Source of the DNA: an archaeon
Lineage (GTDB): Archaea > Iainarchaeota > Iainarchaeia > Iainarchaeales > CSSED10-239
DNA: 11,904 nucleotides
Direction: 5' to 3'
Assembly (NCBI GenBank): GCA_035387745.1
Contig: DAOOON010000012.1
Location: forward strand, 2,137-14,040
The position numbers and the translations under genes are program-made. Shown here piece by piece: positions 7,226 to 11,904 of the stretch. The notes beneath the pieces are model-generated. The model was not told the DNA's origin and ran no database searches. It saw only the letters and a list, made by a program, of their open reading frames with translations. Numbering within the stretch: the first letter of the stretch is position 1; each line of letters begins with the position of its first letter.

Positions 7226-7576
7226 TTAGATCACAGTTATTGTAACCGTAGTTTCGGTCTTATTGTCTATAACATTATAGTCGTTATTGTGTTCTCCGAC
7301 TCTTATCTTTATTTTTTTTGTTCCGGGATATATACCTACCGCTGGATAAATAGAATATCTTATTTCCTTTACTTGCCCAGGATTAAATTCGCCAATTCTT
7401 TTGTAATCTGTGTTAATTGGCTTAACAGAATTAAAACTTAAATCTTCGTCAATAACTAAATCAATACTTAACATCTTCTTGATCTGGCTATTTGTTAATT
7501 TAATATAAAGCTCTAAAGGCTCTTTACTTTTAGAATCTAATCTATAAGGGTATGTTCTAGTATTTATTCCAATCAT
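7226..7576 (-). CDS. Hypothetical 116-aa protein, predicted beta-rich single domain
   Basis: Alternating hydrophobic/polar beta-strand-like pattern (LELYIKLTN, SIDLVID, VKEIRYSIYP, KKIKIRVGE, TETTVTITVI). No signal peptide or TM segment. GGTGGT Shine-Dalgarno-like motif 7 nt upstream, and a TTTATATT element about 50 nt upstream. Confidence 0.6.
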   Translation of the reverse strand: MIGINTRTYPYRLDSKSKEPLELYIKLTNSQIKKMLSIDLVIDEDLSFNSVKPINTDYKRIGEFNPGQVKEIRYSIYPAVGIYPGTKKIKIRVGEHNNDYNVIDNKTETTVTITVI

Positions 7577-7643
7577 CTTATTACCACCATTTTAATTATA
7601 ATAATACAATAGATAAAAGAAAATATAAATGTTTTCTAGATGG

Positions 7644-7760
7644 TTATTTTTTAAAAAGCTTTTTGAGTTTTGCTTTAGACATCTTTTTAAGACCGTATTT
7701 TTTTAAATGATCTAATTCAAGGGTTTCTAATTTTTCAAGGTATAATTTATTTATATACAT
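7644..7760 (-). CDS. Candidate 38-aa small protein with a helix-extension-helix (SAP/Rho_N-like) motif
   Basis: Below the ORF-track length cutoff. My translation: MYINKLYLEKLETLELDHLKKYGLKKMSKAKLKKLFKK*. The ATG lies 15 nt after the stop of the kinase/dCMP-deaminase gene and is preceded by GTGGGG 3 nt upstream. The pattern L-x-x-L-x-[LV]-x-x-L-[KR]-x-x-G-L-x-x-x-x-K-x-x-L resembles SAP/HeH DNA-binding motifs. Confidence 0.3.
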   Translation of the reverse strand: MYINKLYLEKLETLELDHLKKYGLKKMSKAKLKKLFKK

Positions 7761-7775
7761 ATTCCCCACTCTTTT

Positions 7776-8873
7776 TCATTTATATTTTGTTCCGTATTTT
7801 TCTTTGTCATCAATAATGTCGTTCTTTTTCCAATCTTCTACCCAATCATTTACTTCAAATGATTTATATTTGCCATCTGCTGTTGAACACACTACTCTTT
7901 TGATTCCAGCATTTATTATCATCTTCTTACAGATAAAGCAGGGAAATGCGTCAATTGGTTTTTCTAATCCCTGATATATCTTTTTTCCATAAAGATATAA
8001 CACCCCATCAAATATTGAAACTCCATCTCTTGCTGCATTTATTATTGCGTTCTGTTCAGCATGAACACTAACACAAAGCTCATATTGCTGACCTGAAGGC
8101 ACTCCTAACTTTCTTCTAAGACAATAGCCTTTCTCAAAACAATCTGTTGTGCCTCTTGGTGCTCCCACATATCCTGTTGATTTTATTACATTGTCTTTTA
8201 CAATAACAGAACCAAACCTTGCAGAAAGGCAATTACCTCTTAAAGAAACAACTTCTGCAATCTTTAAAAAATATTGATCCCAAGATGGTTTGTTTCTATT
8301 TTTTATTTGTATTTTTAATAATAAATCATCTACTTGTTTTTCTAAGTCTTTTAGACTTCCATTATTATTTATTGTAAATTCTGCAAGTTTCTTACAGCTT
8401 TCTAGATTTTGAGAATTTGGATCTTTACTGTTTAGTTCTTTCTTTTCTGAATTTTTAAAGTCTTCAAAACTTGAGATGTGTTCTTTCTCTTTTAGTCTTT
8501 CTTTTGCTCTTTGGTATCTAGTCATTGCTTCAGCATCTATAAAAACTAGATTAAAATTGGGAAGTTTTTTTAATTCTTCTATTTCTCCTTCTGTTCTTAT
8601 TGATTCTACTACATAATTCTTGTCAAAACCTTGAAGAGTAATTCTTTCAGCAAGTCTTTTTGCAAGTATATTTGCCCCAAACTTCTGTCTTAGTTCATTT
8701 CCTACTCTTTGAAGATTGTCTCTTGTTATCTCTATATTGTCTTTCTTACATTCTTCTCTAATCTCATCAGAACAAGAATAGACAATAAAACCTTTTTGTT
8801 TTAAAATCTCTGAAACTGCTCCTTTTCCTGAAGCTAAAAAACCGGTTATACCAATTATCATGTTTTTCACCAT
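7776..8873 (-). CDS. Fusion protein: P-loop nucleoside/nucleotide kinase-like domain (N) plus dCMP deaminase (C)
   Basis: 365 aa. N-terminal domain (about residues 1-185): Walker A GITGFLASGKG, with layout similar to archaeal UPF0200/dephospho-CoA-kinase-like small kinases and a basic lid-like YQRAKERLK. C-terminal domain (from about residue 195, nt 7779-8291): SWDQYFLKIA start, zinc ligands HAEQNAI and PCFICKKMI, typical of ComEB-type deoxycytidylate deaminase. The start codon directly abuts the folA stop. Confidence 0.85.
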   Translation of the reverse strand: MVKNMIIGITGFLASGKGAVSEILKQKGFIVYSCSDEIREECKKDNIEITRDNLQRVGNELRQKFGANILAKRLAERITLQGFDKNYVVESIRTEGEIEELKKLPNFNLVFIDAEAMTRYQRAKERLKEKEHISSFEDFKNSEKKELNSKDPNSQNLESCKKLAEFTINNNGSLKDLEKQVDDLLLKIQIKNRNKPSWDQYFLKIAEVVSLRGNCLSARFGSVIVKDNVIKSTGYVGAPRGTTDCFEKGYCLRRKLGVPSGQQYELCVSVHAEQNAIINAARDGVSIFDGVLYLYGKKIYQGLEKPIDAFPCFICKKMIINAGIKRVVCSTADGKYKSFEVNDWVEDWKKNDIIDDKEKYGTKYK

Positions 8874-9359
8874 TTATTTTCTTAAATATGTTATAAAAGA
8901 ATAGCCATCTTTCTTTTCTTCAGCAACAATCGTCCAAGTATTTGTGTTTATTTCTGGAAAAAATGTATCTCCTTCGTATTCTTTATCCAGTTGTGTAATT
9001 TCTAGTTTATCTGCTAAGTTTTGTTCCATTGCTTGTTTGTAAATGCTTGCTCCTCCAATAATATAAACTTGATTATCTATAGTGTGTGCATAATCTATTG
9101 CTTCATTTAGACTATTTTTTATAGTTATTCCTTCTTCTTTCCAAGAATCATCAGGAAAAGTTAAAACTATATTGGTTCTTCCAGGAAGTGGTTTAATTGG
9201 AAGAGAAAGATATGTGTTTTTTCCCATAATCACCGGATGCCCGGTTGTTAGTCTTTTAAATCTTTTAAAGTCTTCTGATATATGCCAAGGAATCTTGTTG
9301 TCTTTACCTATTGCATAATTCTTTGCAATTGCTACAATAATTATTGTTTCTTTTTCCAT
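8874..9359 (-). CDS. folA: Dihydrofolate reductase
   Basis: 161 aa. IVAIAKNYAIGKDNKIPWHISEDFKRFKRLTTGHPVIMGKNTYLSLP...RTNIVLT...YIIGGASIY matches canonical DHFR motifs and length. It sits adjacent to thyA. Confidence 0.9.
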   Translation of the reverse strand: MEKETIIIVAIAKNYAIGKDNKIPWHISEDFKRFKRLTTGHPVIMGKNTYLSLPIKPLPGRTNIVLTFPDDSWKEEGITIKNSLNEAIDYAHTIDNQVYIIGGASIYKQAMEQNLADKLEITQLDKEYEGDTFFPEINTNTWTIVAEEKKDGYSFITYLRK

Positions 9360-9380
9360 TATTTCTCTTTTCCTTTATAT

Positions 9381-10247
9381 TTAAACTGCGATTTCAAATT
9401 TTATGGTTGGCTGTGGTTTATAGTCAATAATCTTAGTATCTGTATATTTCCAATCAAAAATAGAAGTAAAATTTTCTGTTTCAATTTTTGGAAGAACCCC
9501 TGGCGTTCTTGAAATTTGTTCTTTTAAGCCGTCAACATGATTTACATAAATGTGTGTGTCTCCTAAAAAACCAATTAGCTTTCCTTCTTTAAGGTTAGCT
9601 TCTTTTGCTAAAAGATGTAATAGCAATCCGTAGCTTGCTATATTAAATGGAAGACCTAAAGCAGAATCAACTGATCTTTGGTTCCATAAAAGATTTAATT
9701 TTCCATTTATTACTGTTACTTGAAAGCCATAATGACATGGTGGCAAAGCCATGTGTTTAATATCTAAAGGGTTCCAGGCAGAAACAATCATTCGTCTGTC
9801 TGTCGGGTTGGTTTTTAGAGTATCAACTAGTTTTTTTAGTTGATCAACCCCCTCACCAGTTGGCTCTTTATCAAATGATTGATATTTTTTTCCAAAGTTT
9901 CGCCATTGATAGCCATAGATTGGACCTAGTTCTCTTTCTTCAAGCATTTTCTTTTTTGTTTCTTCGTCATTACCATAAGGCACAACATCTGGAGAACACC
10001 ATTCGTCCCAGATATGATTATTTTCATTTCTTAGCCAATTTTTATCAGTTATTCCTTTTATAAAAAATTCAAGTTCGCTTGCAATTAATCTAAAAGGAAC
10101 TTTTTTAGTTGTTAAAAGCGGAAACCCTTCTGACATATAGTGTTCAAACATACAACCAGCAACAGCAATTGTGTCAATTCCTGTTCTATTGTGTTTTAGT
10201 TCTCCTTTTTCCACAATGTTTCTTATAATATCAAGATATGCTCTCAT
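9381..10247 (-). CDS. thyA: Thymidylate synthase (ThyA type)
   Basis: 288 aa. Motifs present: RTGIDT, FPLLTTKKV, catalytic-Cys motif ALPPCH, QRSVDSALGLPFNIASYGLL (Asn of the dUMP-specificity position present) and GDTHIYVNH. AGGAGTG Shine-Dalgarno motif 7 nt upstream. Confidence 0.95.
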   Translation of the reverse strand: MRAYLDIIRNIVEKGELKHNRTGIDTIAVAGCMFEHYMSEGFPLLTTKKVPFRLIASELEFFIKGITDKNWLRNENNHIWDEWCSPDVVPYGNDEETKKKMLEERELGPIYGYQWRNFGKKYQSFDKEPTGEGVDQLKKLVDTLKTNPTDRRMIVSAWNPLDIKHMALPPCHYGFQVTVINGKLNLLWNQRSVDSALGLPFNIASYGLLLHLLAKEANLKEGKLIGFLGDTHIYVNHVDGLKEQISRTPGVLPKIETENFTSIFDWKYTDTKIIDYKPQPTIKFEIAV

Positions 10248-10262
10248 ATTTTTTCACTCCTT

Positions 10263-10694
10263 TTATTTTGCAAAACTCTTTCTTCTTGTTGCTCTTCTTT
10301 TCTTATCTCCTTTCTCTCTTATTCTTTCTTTCGGTATTTCTTCTTTAATATAATAATCCATTAATCTTTGATATGCTTCTCTAACCATTTCTATTTTATT
10401 CAAATGATCTTGTATTCTGTTATTTAATAGTATTTTGTTTTTTCTTCCTATTCCTGAATTTTTTATTTTTTCAATAATATCATTTAGTGCTTTATTTAAT
10501 GATTCTATTCTTCTGGCTTTTGATTTTTTTTCATCTATAGTTGTGCTAACATATACTTCACTTAATGTATCCAATATACTTTTTCCTATAAAATCAATCA
10601 TTCTTTCTTGTTCTTTAATATAAACTGTTAATGTTTTTGATTTGTTTTTATTAACTTCTGCTTTTGCTTTCTGAAAATCAATTATCTTTGCCAT
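10263..10694 (-). CDS. Hypothetical helical protein with basic C-terminal tail (paralogue 1 of a tandem pair)
   Basis: 143 aa. Clearly homologous to the adjacent 137-aa ORF: shared GIG-x-(x)-NK motif and KEEIPKER[IL][RK]EKGDKKR near the C-terminus. The start ATG lies 2 nt after the stop of the upstream paralogue. No known family recognised. Confidence 0.75.
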   Translation of the reverse strand: MAKIIDFQKAKAEVNKNKSKTLTVYIKEQERMIDFIGKSILDTLSEVYVSTTIDEKKSKARRIESLNKALNDIIEKIKNSGIGRKNKILLNNRIQDHLNKIEMVREAYQRLMDYYIKEEIPKERIREKGDKKRRATRRKSFAK

Positions 10695-10696
10695 AT

Positions 10697-11110
10697 TTAT
10701 CTTAAATTTGCTTTTCTTTTAATTATTCTTCTAACTTTTCTTTTTTTATCCCCTTTTTCTTTAAGCCTTTCTTTTGGTATTTCTTCTTTAAGATGATAAG
10801 TTAAAGCTTCTTCATAGCCTTGTCTTGTTGCATTAACTTTTTTTAACTCAAAACTAATTTTTTCAAGTAATTTTCTTTTATTTCTATCACCAATACCTGC
10901 GCCTTGTATTTTTTTTGTAAGGGCATCTAAAGATTTACCTAAAAAAACTAAATAATCTAGTTGCTTTTTTATTTCTTTTTCTGTTTGAGCACTCAATAAA
11001 TCTTTTAGCCCTCTTTGCATAGATTTTGAGATAGTTTCAATATCTTTTTCGCGTTCGCGGATATATTCTGCTAATGTTTTTGCCAAATCTTTCACCTTTT
11101 TATTTTGCAA
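10697..11110 (-). CDS. Hypothetical helical protein with basic C-terminal tail (paralogue 2 of a tandem pair)
   Basis: The ORF-track start at 11108-11110 is TTG, not ATG, and overlaps the upstream gene by 11 nt. A more plausible start is the in-frame TTG at 11084-11086. It lies 5 nt after a GGTGA motif and gives an N-terminus (M)AKTLAEYI..., parallel to MAKIIDF... of paralogue 1. The coding call is supported by paralogy. Confidence 0.75.
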   Translation of the reverse strand: MQNKKVKDLAKTLAEYIREREKDIETISKSMQRGLKDLLSAQTEKEIKKQLDYLVFLGKSLDALTKKIQGAGIGDRNKRKLLEKISFELKKVNATRQGYEEALTYHLKEEIPKERLKEKGDKKRKVRRIIKRKANLR

Positions 11111-11750
11111 TAGATTTTCTTACTGTTCTTTTTTTGTATAATTCTTGCTTTCTTATTATCTTTCTATCCAAATATGTTGGTTTTGCTTCTCTGTCTGCAA
11201 AGGTATTATTAATACTATAATTAAAAAGAATATTTTTTTTCTTAACATTAAATCCTTTTTTAATTAATTTCTCATTTGCATATCCTAACCAAGCCGAAAC
11301 ACAAGCATTTCCATATTCTCCAAAGGAAGAAATTTTTAAATCCTTATTTAGTTTTGAATATAATGCTGGTTTTATATATTCTGTGTGGCCTGCATATTCT
11401 GGATGAAAATCAGTTACAACTGCCCTTTCTCCAAGTGTTTCCTTTGAGTGCTCAATTAGCTGTTTTATGACTTTATTATAAGCTGCAACAGGTTCTTTAC
11501 CACTAAATTTATCCTCTTCTGCCGGGAGAACCATAACAAATAATGCAGTAGGTCTTTTTTCTTTAATAACATTAATTGCTCTTTTATATGCTTTTAATGT
11601 AGTGTTAATAGCAATCAATTCATCTTTGTTATTGTTTATGTGATTTAAAAGATCTTGGTGTGTTCTAAATTTTATACCATAATCTCTTGCGAAAAATGTA
11701 TCAAACAATGGATGAACTAACTGTATTATTTCAGTATATTTTTGAGTCAT
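11100..11750 (-). CDS. Hypothetical alpha/beta protein with basic C-terminal tail, with a possible distant isochorismatase/cysteine-hydrolase-like signature
   Basis: 216 aa. Alternating beta/alpha pattern (EIIQLVHP, ALFVMVLPA, RAVVTDF, LKISSFGE, NILFNYS). The segment LKISSFGEYGNACVSAWLGYANEKLIKKGFNV resembles the G-x(5)-C-V nucleophile-helix region of isochorismatase-like hydrolases. The tail KKRTVRKSIAK resembles the tail of paralogue 1. The start ATG overlaps the glyA stop (ATGA). Confidence 0.7.
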   Translation of the reverse strand: MTQKYTEIIQLVHPLFDTFFARDYGIKFRTHQDLLNHINNNKDELIAINTTLKAYKRAINVIKEKRPTALFVMVLPAEEDKFSGKEPVAAYNKVIKQLIEHSKETLGERAVVTDFHPEYAGHTEYIKPALYSKLNKDLKISSFGEYGNACVSAWLGYANEKLIKKGFNVKKKNILFNYSINNTFADREAKPTYLDRKIIRKQELYKKRTVRKSIAK

Positions 11751-11904
11751 ATTTTATCTATTGGATATGCTTTTAACATTTCAATTACTTTTACTTTTAG
11801 ATTTACTTTTAACTCTTGGTTTTCTGGTTTCGAAATTACTTGATTAATATAATCTGCAATGACTTTTATTTGCTGTTCTTTAAAGCCACGGGTGGTTATT
11901 GCGG
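11747..11904 (-). CDS. glyA: Serine hydroxymethyltransferase, 3' end only (5' part outside the window)
   Basis: Not in the ORF track (edge fragment). My translation of the minus strand from 11902: AITTRGFKEQQIKVIADYINQVISKPENQELKVNLKVKVIEMLKAYPIDKI*. The (GTP)AITTRGFKE motif, followed by a regulatory helix and a short C-terminus ending in 'YP', is characteristic of the SHMT C-terminus. The TGA stop at 11747-11749 overlaps the next ATG. Confidence 0.8.
   Translation of the reverse strand, partial: AITTRGFKEQQIKVIADYINQVISKPENQELKVNLKVKVIEMLKAYPIDKI

Noticed and set aside
9381-10247. Possibility that the ThyA homologue is a phage-like dCMP or dUMP hydroxymethylase belonging to a DNA hypermodification cluster (given the odd neighbouring genes).
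   Set aside because: The sequence keeps the canonical thymidylate synthase motifs, including the Asn in LPFNIASY that specifies dUMP (hydroxymethylases acting on dCMP carry Asp there). It is paired with DHFR and SHMT, as expected for a normal reductive methylation cycle. There are no glycosyltransferase, kinase or phage structural genes nearby.
10263-11110. HEPN-like R-x(4-6)-H toxin motif, or a toxin-antitoxin pair interpretation, for the two small tandem genes.
   Set aside because: Paralogue 1 has only RIQDH (R-x3-H) and paralogue 2 has no equivalent. The two genes are homologous to each other, unlike toxin/antitoxin pairs. They are embedded in a metabolic operon.
1-11904. Alternative genetic code (UGA recoding, as in some CPR lineages), CRISPR arrays, tRNA or rRNA genes, and mobile elements.
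   Set aside because: TGA terminates both the glyA fragment (11747-11749) and the kinase/dCMP-deaminase gene (7776-7778) at positions consistent with family lengths, and no recognised gene is interrupted by in-frame TGA. There are no regularly spaced 25-40 nt repeats and no cloverleaf-like GC-rich segments with T-loop motifs. There are no transposase or integrase-like ORFs and no terminal inverted repeats.

Overview
This is an AT-rich (roughly 30% G+C by eye), densely coding window with the standard genetic code (TGA, TAA and TAG all act as stops). I see no rRNA, tRNA, CRISPR array, transposase or integrase.

Lineage: the gene content points to a small-genome DPANN-type archaeon, less likely a CPR bacterium. 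The evidence is a Dph6/MJ0570-type diphthamide-synthesis domain, an archaeal-style P-loop kinase, and TATA-like boxes placed about 26-31 nt before start codons that lack a Shine-Dalgarno motif. This is inference only.

There are four transcription blocks:
- (i) A partial secreted Cys-containing protein (1-1027, minus strand), divergent from a CorA-type Mg2+ channel (1221-2183).
- (ii) A minus-strand block of a 4-TM membrane protein, a class I SAM methyltransferase, and a doubly membrane-anchored coiled-coil protein (2244-4538).
- (iii) A plus-strand block with an unusual fusion of two PP-loop ATP-pyrophosphatase domains (AsnB-like plus Dph6-like, 4623-6110) and a possible metal-dependent hydrolase (6146-6955).
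- (iv) A long, tightly coupled minus-strand operon (7226-11904).

Block (iv) encodes a complete thymidylate cycle: the glyA 3' end (not in the ORF track), thyA, folA and a P-loop-kinase/dCMP-deaminase fusion.

The main finding is that three translationally coupled genes of unrecognised family sit between glyA and thyA. One is a 216-aa alpha/beta protein and two are tandem paralogues of about 140 aa. All three end in similar basic tails, and the stop-codon/ribosome-binding junction is duplicated at nucleotide level. This is the best candidate for an undescribed module in the window. Its function is not deducible from sequence alone.
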